The notes: a model not told the origin generated them from the sequence alone. DNA of 64,000 bases from Alphaproteobacteria bacterium WMHbin7 (GCA_002753155.1 PDZW01000011.1:14399-78398); one strand, 5' to 3'; shown: positions 50,067-59,654, counted from the stretch's first letter. Numbers and translations: made by a program.

Positions 50067-50291
50067 ATGACCACCACGCTTGACGTCAAGGGACTGAACT
50101 GCCCGCTGCCCATCCTGCGCGCCAAGAAGGCGATGAAGGACATTGCCGTTGGCGACACATTGGAAATTCTGGCGACCGATCCCGGCTCGGTGAAGGATTT
50201 CGACGCCTTCTGCCGCCAGACCGGCAACGAGTTGGTCGAAAGTAAGGACGAAGGCGGCACCTACCGCTTCCTGATCAAGCGCAAGACTTAA
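50067..50291 (+). CDS. tusA: TusA family sulfur carrier
   Basis: LDVKGLNCPLP, TDPGS..DF..FC. Confidence 0.92.
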   Translation: MTTTLDVKGLNCPLPILRAKKAMKDIAVGDTLEILATDPGSVKDFDAFCRQTGNELVESKDEGGTYRFLIKRKT

Positions 50292-50302
50292 CACCAGTCC
50301 CT

Positions 50303-50392
50303 CGGCCTTGCGCACCCTCGCGGGTGCTTGGCCGCGGCCACGCCGACAATGTCGGCGAAATCAATTTTTCGCGCGGAGCGCGAAGGGGCCGC
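50303..50392. repeat. multi-hairpin palindromic element
   Basis: GCACCC-TCGC-GGGTGC, CGCCGACA-A-TGTCGGCG, TTCGCGC-GGA-GCGCGAA. Confidence 0.5.
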
Positions 50393-50394
50393 TT

Positions 50395-50576
50395 ACACAA
50401 ACAGGGTCTACACAAACGGGGTCACAAACGGGGTCAGCAAACGGGGTCAGCAGCAAACGGGGTCAGGTCTTGATTATTTCCTATTTTCACAGGTCATAGA
50501 GCGAACGCATCTTGAAATAGGAAATAATCAAGACCTGACCCCGCCCTCTGTGACCCCGCCCTCTGACCCCGCCCTC
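50395..50576. mobile_element. GGGGTC-ended inverted-repeat element with tandemly reiterated ends
   Basis: perfect 29-bp IR at 50458-50486 and 50515-50543; five CAAAC(G/A)GGGTC units on the left, three TGACCCCGCCCTC on the right. Confidence 0.75.
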
Positions 50577-50583
50577 GCTGTTG

Positions 50584-50862
50584 TCATGCCGCGTGAAGCT
50601 GGATTCCCAGGGCGCGGATCACTTTGTAAACAGTCTCGAAGCGGGGTTTCGCGCCGGGGGCCAGGGCCTTGTACAGGCTTTCGCGCCCAAGGCCGGTTTC
50701 CTTGGCCAGTTCCGACATGCCCTTGGCCTTGGCGATCACACCCAGGGCATGGGTAATCAATTCGGGATCGCCCTCTTCCAGGCAAGCCTCCAGATAGGCC
50801 GCCATGTCTTCGCGCGTTTTCAGATGCTCCGCCGAATCCCAGCGTTTGAATTTTTTGCTCAT
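50584..50862 (-). CDS. addiction-module antidote (HigA-like HTH)
   Basis: WDSAEHL, ALG.IAKAKGMS.LA.ETGL.RESLYKAL. Confidence 0.9.
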   Translation of the reverse strand: MSKKFKRWDSAEHLKTREDMAAYLEACLEEGDPELITHALGVIAKAKGMSELAKETGLGRESLYKALAPGAKPRFETVYKVIRALGIQLHAA

Positions 50863-51161
50863 GACTTGTCCTTCCAATCCTTGGCAATCCGCTTGGCCTT
50901 TTGGATGTCTTTTGACTGGCTGCCTTTGTCGCCGCCGCACAACAAAACGATCAACCTGCCGCCCTGTTGCATGAAATACACCCGATAGCCCGGCCCGTAG
51001 TGAACCCGCATTTCCGAAATCCCGTCGCCGACCGAGGCGCTGTCACCAAGGTTTCCCAGTCCCGCCCGGTCGATCCGGGCCTGAATGCGCGCTCGGGCCT
51101 GCCTGTCTTTCAGACCCTCGAACCAGGCAGCGAATTCATCCGATACGAAGATTTCGATCAT
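50859..51161 (-). CDS. RelE/HigB-like addiction-module toxin
   Basis: F..W...L.D..A..RI..RI.R...GNLGD, EMRVHYGPGYRVYF, LLCGGDK. Confidence 0.92.
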   Translation of the reverse strand: MIEIFVSDEFAAWFEGLKDRQARARIQARIDRAGLGNLGDSASVGDGISEMRVHYGPGYRVYFMQQGGRLIVLLCGGDKGSQSKDIQKAKRIAKDWKDKS

Positions 51162-51188
51162 GGATACATTGTATCCGAGTGGATACAT
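51162..51188 (-). promoter_or_regulatory. TA operator/promoter with overlapping palindromes
   Basis: GGATACA-T-TGTATCC and TGTATCC-GAGT-GGATACA; TACAAT lies 6 nt before the ATG. Confidence 0.65.
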
Positions 51189-51269
51189 GGCGCCAAGGGC
51201 TATTTGTTATGCCCCTGAGGCAAGAGGCCGGATGAAACTTGGGCCTCAGGTCACGGAAAATAGCACGCC

Positions 51270-51305
51270 AAAAGAAAAGGCCGGGGATTTCTCCCCGGCC
51301 TTTTT
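51270..51305 (-). terminator. intrinsic terminator of the sulfur operon (possibly bidirectional)
   Basis: GGCCGGGGA-GAAA-TCCCCGGCC followed by TTTTCTTTT on the minus strand. Confidence 0.85.
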
Positions 51306-51328
51306 GCTGACGGCAAGAAGCCTTCAGC

Positions 51329-51871
51329 TTAGTCGGTATGCTTGCTTAAGACCGTGGCGCGCTGGCGCAGCTTGCACGAAAATGACATCAGGAAATGGAA
51401 GGCCTGAAGCGTTTCGGGCTGGTTCATCATGCCAATCAGCCCGAACAGGCTTTTCGGCGCCGGATGGCGCGAGCAGGATTCCAGCGCGTCTTCCATGGCG
51501 GTCTTGGCCTCATGGGCCATGCTCGCCATATCTTCCGTCGCCAGATTGGTCATCATATGCTCAACGAAGGTGGCCAGGCGATCCACCATACTGTCGGTGG
51601 CCGCCGCCCTGGCGGCATGCAGCAGCATCACGGTTTCGACCACTGTGCCCAGTGCCCCTGTCCGGTGCATCATGGTCAGCGCATCGATCAGGGCCAACAC
51701 CGCTTCCTTGGTGTCGTTCTCGTTCAAGCGGTCCACCACCTCAAGCGCGTTGGCGCCCGTGGTGGAAAGCCGCTCGACCATGCTGTCGGTCATGGCTTCG
51801 CCGGCCGCTTGGACCAGCCTTGCCATCTCACCGACATAGGGATTGGAGACTTGGTTCATCTTGCTCTCCAT
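51329..51871 (-). CDS. DUF1641-like helical protein
   Basis: internal repeat TDSMV(E/D)RL; C-terminal SLFGLI..M..PE; adjacent to SQR. Confidence 0.65.
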   Translation of the reverse strand: MESKMNQVSNPYVGEMARLVQAAGEAMTDSMVERLSTTGANALEVVDRLNENDTKEAVLALIDALTMMHRTGALGTVVETVMLLHAARAAATDSMVDRLATFVEHMMTNLATEDMASMAHEAKTAMEDALESCSRHPAPKSLFGLIGMMNQPETLQAFHFLMSFSCKLRQRATVLSKHTD

Positions 51872-51874
51872 CGC

Positions 51875-53014
51875 CTACAAAAGGCCCTTGGCAGACAACC
51901 AGTAAAGCCGGTTGTAGGCCAGCTTGAACCAATGCACCATCTGCGACGGCGGGCCGGGATTGGGCGGCGTGGTGTAGTTGAACCACACATAGGTGCCCGT
52001 GCTGGTGCCGGTTTCGATGAAGCAAAAGACCTTGCCGTCGTAATCGCGGGCCATGCGGTTCTCGGTGAGCAGCGAGGCCAGATTGTCGATCAGCACGTCG
52101 GCCTCGAAATGCGCGGTCGAACCGGCCTTCGAGATGGGGATGTTGGTGGTGTCGCCGACCACGAAGACGTTGGTCGAGCCGTCGCGGTGCAGGGTCTTGG
52201 TGTTGGTGGGCACCCAGCCGCCCTTGCCCAGTTCGGAATCTACGATGACCTGAGCGCCCTGGTGAGGCGGAATGGTGACCAAGAGGTCGTAGGGCATGGT
52301 GACGCCCTCGGCCGAAGTGATGGTCTTGGCCTCGGGATCGACCTTCTCGGTGTTGAAGAAGGTTTCGTACTTGATGCCCAGGCGGTCGAATTCCGGCTTG
52401 GCCCACAGGGCCACCGGCTCCAGCGCATGCAGGCGTCCGATGGGATAGGTGTAGGTGATCTCGCACTTGTCGAGCAGACCCTTGCCCTTGAAATAGTCGT
52501 AGAGCATGAAGGTGACTTCCAAGGGCGCCACCGGGCATTTGTGGGGCGCGTTGGCATTCACGATAATCTTGCCGCCCTCGAACTTGGAAAGCGCGTCGCG
52601 CAGCTTCCTGGCCCCTTCCAGATCGTAGAACCAGTGAGCGCCTTCAGCCATGCCGGGAATGGATTGGGGCATGATGCGCGAGCCGGTGGCCAACACCAGA
52701 TAGTCGTATTTCAGCGTGCGCCCGCCTTCGGTCGATACTTGATTCTTCGCGACCTCGATATGCTTGGCCGGATCGACATGGAAGATCACGCGCCGGTCGA
52801 GAACCTTGCGCTGGTCGCGAAACAGCTCGTGCTCGCGGATGCGCCCGAAAGGCACATAGAGCAGGCCCGGCTGATACATATGGGTCTCGGTGGTGCCCAG
52901 CATGGTGATGACCACCTCGCCGGACCTGAGTTGCGGCGCCAACTGGCGGCAAAGGCCGTTGGCCACGATGGTACCGGCCAGGCCGCCACCGACGATCAGG
53001 ATATTCTTCGCCAT
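51875..53014 (-). CDS. sulfide:quinone oxidoreductase-like flavoprotein (type III/SqrC-like)
   Basis: GGGLAG, YQPG, YDYLVLATG, KCPVAPLE, GD...P.SKAG, YDGKVFCF; two catalytic-type Cys. Confidence 0.82.
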   Translation of the reverse strand: MAKNILIVGGGLAGTIVANGLCRQLAPQLRSGEVVITMLGTTETHMYQPGLLYVPFGRIREHELFRDQRKVLDRRVIFHVDPAKHIEVAKNQVSTEGGRTLKYDYLVLATGSRIMPQSIPGMAEGAHWFYDLEGARKLRDALSKFEGGKIIVNANAPHKCPVAPLEVTFMLYDYFKGKGLLDKCEITYTYPIGRLHALEPVALWAKPEFDRLGIKYETFFNTEKVDPEAKTITSAEGVTMPYDLLVTIPPHQGAQVIVDSELGKGGWVPTNTKTLHRDGSTNVFVVGDTTNIPISKAGSTAHFEADVLIDNLASLLTENRMARDYDGKVFCFIETGTSTGTYVWFNYTTPPNPGPPSQMVHWFKLAYNRLYWLSAKGLL

Positions 53015-53105
53015 CTACTTCCTCCCTTGATCTTCCCAGTGTGAGGCGCCTGTCCGTCTTCGAAGTCGCGGCATTCAAGCGTCGAAAAATTCAATCTACC
53101 AAAGG

Positions 53106-53327
53106 CTATTTCGCCTTTTCGACAATGATGCTCCAGTGATCGCCCTTGTCGGTGACGCCGACCATCTTATGGCCGACCTTGGCCACCCATTCGGGAACGT
53201 CGGCCGCCGAGCCCTTGTCCGAGGACAAAATCTCGATCTGGTCGCCGATAGCAGACAGCTTCAGGGCGGCAATCAGTTCCATCAGGGGGCCGGGGCAGAA
53301 AGCGCCGCGCGCATCGATCGTTTGCAT
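53106..53327 (-). CDS. TusA family sulfur carrier (second copy)
   Basis: IDARGAFCPGPLMELI, SSD.GS..DVP.W. Confidence 0.9.
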   Translation of the reverse strand: MQTIDARGAFCPGPLMELIAALKLSAIGDQIEILSSDKGSAADVPEWVAKVGHKMVGVTDKGDHWSIIVEKAK

Positions 53328-53341
53328 GCCTCAAAAATCTC

Positions 53342-53740
53342 CTAGAGGGTCAACAATTCGCCGGTTTCGGCGTCGGCAAGAAACTTGGTCAGGCCCAGCA
53401 TACCGTCGAACAGGTCATCAACCAAATGGTCCATTTCCCATTTCTTGAGATCCATCACCATCGAACAGGCGTGCATGGTCAAATCGCCCAGCATCTTGCC
53501 CTGGCCGAACAGCTCGATAGCGTCCGGGACCTTGTTCTCCATGATCAGACGCGAAAATTCGCCGCCATGATAGCGTTCGGCCGGGCTTTTGCCCTTCTCG
53601 AAGGCCAAAATGGCGTTCATGCTGACGAAAACGCGCACCGGACGGTCCGATACCGCCGCCACCGAGGCCAGCATGGCGGCCATCTGGATTTTTTCGTGTT
53701 CGCCCGAACACAGCAGGATATAAAGCGGTGCCGCAGCCAT
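53342..53740 (-). CDS. DsrE/DsrE2-like sulfurtransferase/peroxiredoxin-family protein
   Basis: SG..EK...A.M.AS.AA, HACSM.MD, G...FL..A. Confidence 0.75.
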   Translation of the reverse strand: MAAAPLYILLCSGEHEKIQMAAMLASVAAVSDRPVRVFVSMNAILAFEKGKSPAERYHGGEFSRLIMENKVPDAIELFGQGKMLGDLTMHACSMVMDLKKWEMDHLVDDLFDGMLGLTKFLADAETGELLTL

Positions 53741-53872
53741 GAGGCCTGTCCTCCGGGGAAGAATATTGCTTGAGAGATTTGTTATATGAAATTTCTCGAT
53801 AGTAAGGCAAACGAAATTTCACGTTTCCTTCATGGAATATATTTTTACACCCATTCGGGATAAATACGGCCC

Positions 53873-54487
53873 ATGACCACGCCCCCGTCCGAACCCACCT
53901 TTGCCCCATTCCCCGCCACCGGCATGCCCGATGGCGACTGGTGGCAGGCCTTGTGGCCCGATCCCCTGAACGTCATGCGCCGGTTGGGCTTTGCTGCCGG
54001 GCAAAGGGTGGTCGATCTGTGCTGCGGCGACGGCTTGTTTTCCTTGGCTCTTTTACGCCTGGGCTGCTTTGTCGAAGGGCTCGATGGCGACCAAGAACTT
54101 CTGGGCAAGGCAGAGCAGTCAGCCCAGGCGGCAGGATACAATCAGGCCCGCTGGCATCTGGGCGACGCCAGAGAACCGGACAGGCTGATTCACCCCCCTG
54201 TTGATAGCGTTCTGATCGCCAACACCTTTCACGGCGTTTCTGAATACGAGCCGCTGTGCCGGTCCGTGCGGCGCCTCCTTTTGCCCCAGGGGCGCTTGGT
54301 CATCATCAATTGGCACGCCCGGCCTCGCGAGGAAACCACCATTCTGGGTCTGCCCAGAGGGCCGCGCAGCGATCTGCGCCTTACGCCCGAGCAAACCGCC
54401 AAGCACGTTCAGCCGTCAGGTTTCAGGCAAGATGAGATCATCGAGCTTCCCCCCTTCCACTACGCATCGATTTTTTCCATCCGATAA
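53873..54487 (+). CDS. class I SAM-dependent methyltransferase
   Basis: VDLCCGDG, ANTFHGV, IINW. Confidence 0.85.
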   Translation: MTTPPSEPTFAPFPATGMPDGDWWQALWPDPLNVMRRLGFAAGQRVVDLCCGDGLFSLALLRLGCFVEGLDGDQELLGKAEQSAQAAGYNQARWHLGDAREPDRLIHPPVDSVLIANTFHGVSEYEPLCRSVRRLLLPQGRLVIINWHARPREETTILGLPRGPRSDLRLTPEQTAKHVQPSGFRQDEIIELPPFHYASIFSIR

Positions 54488-54704
54488 ACAATATCGCCGA
54501 AGATATGTGTAGGTCCTTGTCATGAAAAGTTTTAGACTGAGTTCTTGCCATTATTCTTTTCGTGCGCTCACTTTAGTACCGTCTTTTGCCATTGACTTCT
54601 CAGGCCTGTGACCAAATTGTGAACGTAAGGTTCAAAACATAAACGCCGTCGATTGCCTCGGCCCTTTAACCCTTTCAGCACAATAAACCATTTGGAGGCC
54701 CGCC

Positions 54705-56852
54705 ATGTCCGTCCCCTCCCTCCGTATTGCCACCAAATTGCCCGCCGTGATCGTCGGCTTGTCGGTTCTGGCGGCCCTGGTCATCGGCATCATCGCCTAT
54801 CAAAAATCTGCGGAGGAACTGAGGGCGGGTGCCCAGAACATGCTGTCGGCGCTTAACGACGCCAGGCGCAACGAATTGGGGGCCTATCTCGAATCCATCC
54901 GCCAGGACGTATCGCTGCTTTCGAAGAACACTGAAATCATCGAGCCGCTGCAACAATTCACGGCAGGATTCGCCAAGATGGGGGGCAGCGCCACCGAAAC
55001 CTTGAAAAAACTCTATATCAAGGACAATCCCAACAAAGTGGGCGAGAAGCTGAAGCTGGACGATGCCAAGGACGGATCGGACTGGAGCAAGACCCATGCG
55101 GACCATCATCCCTGGCTGCGCAAGCTGGTCGACGAACGCGGCTATTACGATGTCTTCCTGATCAACAAGGCGGGCGATGTCGTCTATACCGTCTATAAGG
55201 AAGAAGACTTCGCCACCAATCTCCTGACCGGTCCCTGGAAGGCGACCAACATCGCGCAGTTGTTTAGGGATCTGGCCGCCTCGCCCAAAGACGGCACGGT
55301 GCTATACACGGATTTCAAACCCTATGCGCCATCGAACGACGTGCCCGCCGCCTTCATCGCCGCCCCTGTTCTGGGGCCTGACGGCAGCTTTATGGGAGCA
55401 TTGATGTTCCAGATGCCGGTCGAGCGCATCAACAAGGTGATGCAGGTATCGGCTGGCATGGGCAAAAGCGGCGAGACCTATATCGTCGGCCCGGATCTTT
55501 TGATGCGCAGCGATTCCCGCTTTACCAAGGAAACCACCATTCTGAAGACCAAGGTCGATACCCAGACGGTCAAGGAAGCCTTGCAGAACAAGCAAGGGGT
55601 TCTGGAAATTCTTGATTACCGGGGAACGCCGGTGCTGTCGGCCTATGGCCCGCTCGGCTTTTTGGGAACAACCTGGGCCATCATCGCCGAGATCGACACC
55701 GAGGAGGTGTTCGAGCCGGTGGCGCAGATGCGCAATTTCATGATGATCGCGGGGCTTGTTCTGTCCCTGGTGATTGCCGCCGTCGGCATGCTGGCGGCGC
55801 GCTCGATCGTAAAGCCGATCAGCGCCATGACGGTCGTCATGAACCGCCTGAAGTCGGGCGAGCGTAGCGTCGTTGTGCCCCATACCGCCAATCAAGACGA
55901 GGTGGGCGAAATGGCCCGAGCGGTCGAAGTCTTCAAGCAGAACCTGATCGAAGTCGAGAAGATGCAGGCCGAGCAGGAGCGCTTGAAACACAAGGCGGAA
56001 GAGGATCACCGCCAACTGCTCAACGATATGGCCGATAATTTCGAAAAGAGCGTCATGGGAATCGTCTCCGCAGTTTCGGGATCGGCCACCGAGTTGCATT
56101 CCTCGGCCCAGTCGCTTTCGGCCATGGCGGAGCAAACTCACCGCCAGGCCGCCGCCGTGGCCGCCGCTTCGGAAGAAGCCTCGGCCAATGTGCAGACCGT
56201 GGCGTCTGCTGCCGAGGAACTCTCCAGTTCGATTCAGGAGATCACGCATCGGGTCGAGGATTCGGCCAAGGTCTCGTCAAGCGCTGTCGACGAGGCAACC
56301 CGCGTCAACACCATGGTTCAGGGCCTGGCAGGTGCTGTCAGCAAGATCGGCGAAGTGGTCAATCTGATTACCGATATCGCCAGTCAGACCAATTTGCTGG
56401 CCTTGAACGCCACCATCGAGGCGGCCAGGGCCGGAGATGCCGGCAAAGGCTTTGCCGTGGTCGCCAATGAAGTGAAGTCCCTGGCCAATCAGACCGCCAA
56501 GGCAACCGACGAAATCGCCTCACAGATATCGGCCGTGCAAGGAGCAACCCACGAGGCCGTCGATGGAATCGATGGCATCACCAAAACGATCAGCAAGATC
56601 AGCGAAATCGCCTCGGCAATCGCCACGGCCGTGGAAGAACAAGGAGCCGCCACGGCGGAAATCAGCCGCAGCGTTCAACAAGCCTCGGCAGGCACCAACG
56701 AGGTATCGTCCAACATCACGAGCGTCACCCAGGCTTCGACGGAAGCCGGCAACGCAGCATCCCAGGTATTGGAGGCCGCCAAGGAATTGTCGCACCAATC
56801 AGAACATTTAAGGGAAGACGTCGGACGCTTCATCGCCCATCTCAGGGCCTAA
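54705..56852 (+). CDS. methyl-accepting chemotaxis protein with periplasmic Cache-like sensor
   Basis: two TMs, [40 protein letters not shown]. Confidence 0.95.
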   Translation: MSVPSLRIATKLPAVIVGLSVLAALVIGIIAYQKSAEELRAGAQNMLSALNDARRNELGAYLESIRQDVSLLSKNTEIIEPLQQFTAGFAKMGGSATETLKKLYIKDNPNKVGEKLKLDDAKDGSDWSKTHADHHPWLRKLVDERGYYDVFLINKAGDVVYTVYKEEDFATNLLTGPWKATNIAQLFRDLAASPKDGTVLYTDFKPYAPSNDVPAAFIAAPVLGPDGSFMGALMFQMPVERINKVMQVSAGMGKSGETYIVGPDLLMRSDSRFTKETTILKTKVDTQTVKEALQNKQGVLEILDYRGTPVLSAYGPLGFLGTTWAIIAEIDTEEVFEPVAQMRNFMMIAGLVLSLVIAAVGMLAARSIVKPISAMTVVMNRLKSGERSVVVPHTANQDEVGEMARAVEVFKQNLIEVEKMQAEQERLKHKAEEDHRQLLNDMADNFEKSVMGIVSAVSGSATELHSSAQSLSAMAEQTHRQAAAVAAASEEASANVQTVASAAEELSSSIQEITHRVEDSAKVSSSAVDEATRVNTMVQGLAGAVSKIGEVVNLITDIASQTNLLALNATIEAARAGDAGKGFAVVANEVKSLANQTAKATDEIASQISAVQGATHEAVDGIDGITKTISKISEIASAIATAVEEQGAATAEISRSVQQASAGTNEVSSNITSVTQASTEAGNAASQVLEAAKELSHQSEHLREDVGRFIAHLRA

Positions 56853-56869
56853 CTGGAGATTGACAAACG

Positions 56870-56894
56870 CGGCGGGTAGAACCCCGCCGTTTTT
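56870..56894 (+). terminator. intrinsic terminator after MCP
   Basis: CGGCGGG-TAGAAC-CCCGCCG-TTTTT. Confidence 0.65.
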
Positions 56895-57029
56895 GATTCG
56901 CCCTGGAAATAATGTGGCTTTTTAAGCTTTTAGCGCATCGCGTCAAAAAAGGTCATATATATGTTTCCCCCCTTGCCTTGACCCAAATATTCATTGATTC
57001 TTGAAAACTGGTGAGAGGGCGGGAATTTT

Positions 57030-58145
57030 ATGCGGGCGACAGCTTTGGCAAGTGAGGGAGTTTCAGGTTCTGGCGGCTTGTCCGTTATCGGCCTGATCGA
57101 TGCCCGTGCGCCCCACCGCGCCAATATCAAACATGCTCTGGGCGCCCTTTACGACATCGTCGCCTTTGAAGATTCCAATGAAGCTCTGACCTGGATGCGT
57201 AAAGCAGAGCCTGCTCTGGTGATTCTGGACGAAGACGTCAAGCCCATGAGCAGCCAGAGCACCCTGGAAGCTATTCTGCGCATTCCCACGGACAAGCGCC
57301 CGATCATCGTCTGCACCAGCGCCGAGGCGAATTCCACCTTTCTGCCAATGGCCAAACAGCGCGGCGCATCAGCAACTTTGGCCAAGCCCTTCACGCGCGT
57401 CCAACTCGTCGACGCCATTGCAAGCCTTATCACCGACAGTATCGAGAAGGGCTGGAACAAGCTGGGCGAGCAGCCGCGCCAGGCGCTTACCCGCACGCTG
57501 GATCTGTTCGCAGGCATGGCGACAGGCCTTTCCGACGGCACACGCGTCCCCTATGCCCAGGTTCAAGAGTGCTGCGCCCCTCTGGTTTCGGCCATCGACG
57601 ACGGGTGCTGCCTTGAAATTCTGAAGGCGCTGCGCAATCACGATAATTATTCCTTCGTTCACAGCATGCGCGCCGCCACGCTGATGGCTCTGGCCGGAAG
57701 CGCCATGGGGTTGACCCAGGAAGAACGGCTGGTTCTGGCGGCAGGCGGGTTGATGCATGACGCAGGAAAAATGGCGGTGCCGGTCGATGTGCTGAACAAG
57801 GTAGGCCCGCTGACCGAGCATGAGTGGAAGCTTCTGCGCCTGCATGTCGATGTGGCCGGGCAGGTGCTTTTGCGCGACAGCGATATCCCCAAAGGGGTGC
57901 GCATGATCATCGAGCAGCATCACGAGCGCCTCGACGGTTCGGGCTATCCCAAGGGCCTGAAAAGCGAAGAGATCAACCCCCTGGTCCGCATGGCGATGAT
58001 CGTGGACATCTTCACGGCCATGACCGACCGGCGTCCTTATCGTCCCGCCGTCACACCCGAAGCGGCCCTCAAGGCCATGCAGGACATGACCGGCAAGATC
58101 GATACCGGCCTGTTGATGCTGTTCCGCGACGTCCTGCTGGGATAG
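57030..58145 (+). CDS. REC-HD-GYP cyclic dinucleotide phosphodiesterase
   Basis: REC VILD and KPF; HS.R, HDAGK, HHERLDGSGYP, RPYR. Confidence 0.9.
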   Translation: MRATALASEGVSGSGGLSVIGLIDARAPHRANIKHALGALYDIVAFEDSNEALTWMRKAEPALVILDEDVKPMSSQSTLEAILRIPTDKRPIIVCTSAEANSTFLPMAKQRGASATLAKPFTRVQLVDAIASLITDSIEKGWNKLGEQPRQALTRTLDLFAGMATGLSDGTRVPYAQVQECCAPLVSAIDDGCCLEILKALRNHDNYSFVHSMRAATLMALAGSAMGLTQEERLVLAAGGLMHDAGKMAVPVDVLNKVGPLTEHEWKLLRLHVDVAGQVLLRDSDIPKGVRMIIEQHHERLDGSGYPKGLKSEEINPLVRMAMIVDIFTAMTDRRPYRPAVTPEAALKAMQDMTGKIDTGLLMLFRDVLLG

Positions 58146-58148
58146 CGG

Positions 58149-58315
58149 CTAGAGCATGTTCCGACCATATACGGTCGCCTGCGTTTCAATCTGGCGAGGC
58201 AATTCGACAGGCGCGCGGCGCGATGCGATGCGGGGCATCGGGCAACGCGGCGATTACCCGCCAGATTGAAATCCTTTGGGCCGGGCCGAGTGGACAACCT
58301 CCTGAGACGTCACAT
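58149..58315. repeat. palindromic intergenic element (MITE/RIME-like)
   Basis: starts CTAGAGC; 13-bp IR TTTCAATCTGGCG (58184-58196) / CGCCAGATTGAAA (58259-58271) with inner stems. Confidence 0.6.
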
Positions 58316-59611
58316 CTAATCCTGATGCAGGTGCTTCTTGAGGCGCCACAGGCCGAGCGCCACCAAGGCCAACGCCACCGGCACCGAGAGGCCCTGCACC
58401 ATATCGGGATCGATGGGGATGCCCGCCGCCTTGATGCCCTTGGCGCCATAACCCACCAGCCCCACCAGATAATAGCTGATGGCGGCAATCGACAGGCCTT
58501 CGACCGTTTCCTGCAGGCGCAATTGCAGCTTGGCGCGTCGGTTCATGGAATGCAGCAGATCGCGATTCTTCTCCTCCAACGCGATATCGACCCGGGTGCG
58601 CAAAAGATCGCCCGCCCGCGCCACGCGGGCCGACAGATCGGACAGGCGCTCAGAGGTCGAGGTACAGGTGGCCATGGCCGGGGCCAGTCGGCGTTCCATG
58701 AATTCGCCCAGGGTCTGAACGCCCGAGATGCGCTCTTCCATCAATTCTTCGATTCGCCTGCGCACCAGGGCGTAATAAGCGGAAGCCGCCGAGAAGCGGT
58801 AGGCCGTGGCACTGCCCAGGCGCTCGCTTTCGGCGGCCAGAGCGGTCAGCCTTTCCAGAAGCTGGCGGTCGTCGCTTTCCCGGGGCGAGGCCAGTTCGGC
58901 CACGATGGCCTTCAGATCGCGATCCAGCTTTGTCGCCTCGGGTGCCGTGTCGCGGGCCTTGGGAAGGGCCAGAAGGGCCATCATGCGGTAGGTTTCGATC
59001 TCGAACAGGCGTTGGACCAACCGCCCAGCCTGGCCCTTCGACAAGCCCCAATCATGAACCAGAAAACGCCCCATGCCGTCGTCGTGCAGACGAAAATCCG
59101 TCCACAAGGTGGCGGCCCCGCCCATGACCCGGCTGCCTACCCGGGGCGAGGGCTTGAAATAGGCGTCCAGTTCCTCGGGCTCGCGGTCAGCACTTTCCAG
59201 GGCCAGACGCACAACCAGCAGCAATTGCCCGGGCAGAGCCTGGCGCCAATCGGCGGGCAGCAGCCCCATCAGGTCACTGGTAAAGGGCTGGTCGAAGCCT
59301 CCTGAGCGAAACAGGGTCCAGGTCGAAAATTCGGTATGGCGCTCCCAGCGCAGCCGAAAACCGGGAAGGTCGAGAACCTGGAAATTCCCTTCGATCTCTG
59401 GCACGGCAACGCCCAGAAGCCGACAAAGTTCGGCCAGATGAACCTGATCCTCGCCCGCCCCCGATTCGCCGGTAAGAAGGGCTAGGTGCAGGGCCTCGAA
59501 GGGGGTTTCCAGCAGTTCGTGCGGGCCTCCATGCACCTCGCCATGCAAAACAAGGCGATGCTGATAATCGCCCTTACTTCCGATTTCGCCTGCTTCAATT
59601 CCTGGCTTCAT
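58316..59611 (-). CDS. DUF3422 family membrane-anchored protein
   Basis: EVH..P, WERHTEF, GRLVQRL.EIETYR..ALL.LP, QLRLQ.TVEGLS..AISYY. Confidence 0.88.
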   Translation of the reverse strand: MKPGIEAGEIGSKGDYQHRLVLHGEVHGGPHELLETPFEALHLALLTGESGAGEDQVHLAELCRLLGVAVPEIEGNFQVLDLPGFRLRWERHTEFSTWTLFRSGGFDQPFTSDLMGLLPADWRQALPGQLLLVVRLALESADREPEELDAYFKPSPRVGSRVMGGAATLWTDFRLHDDGMGRFLVHDWGLSKGQAGRLVQRLFEIETYRMMALLALPKARDTAPEATKLDRDLKAIVAELASPRESDDRQLLERLTALAAESERLGSATAYRFSAASAYYALVRRRIEELMEERISGVQTLGEFMERRLAPAMATCTSTSERLSDLSARVARAGDLLRTRVDIALEEKNRDLLHSMNRRAKLQLRLQETVEGLSIAAISYYLVGLVGYGAKGIKAAGIPIDPDMVQGLSVPVALALVALGLWRLKKHLHQD

Positions 59612-59654
59612 CGCTTATATTACCTTACGTGCCCTCTAGTTTGAGAAGAGTATT

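Noticed and set aside
50395-50576. CRISPR array
   Set aside because: Units are 11-15 bp with no unique spacers, the structure is an inverted repeat, and no cas genes are present.
53741-53872. SqrR-type operator upstream of the dsrE-tusA-sqr operon
   Set aside because: AT-rich with partial symmetry (TATGAAATTTCTCGATA), but no convincing ATTC-N8-GAAT match.
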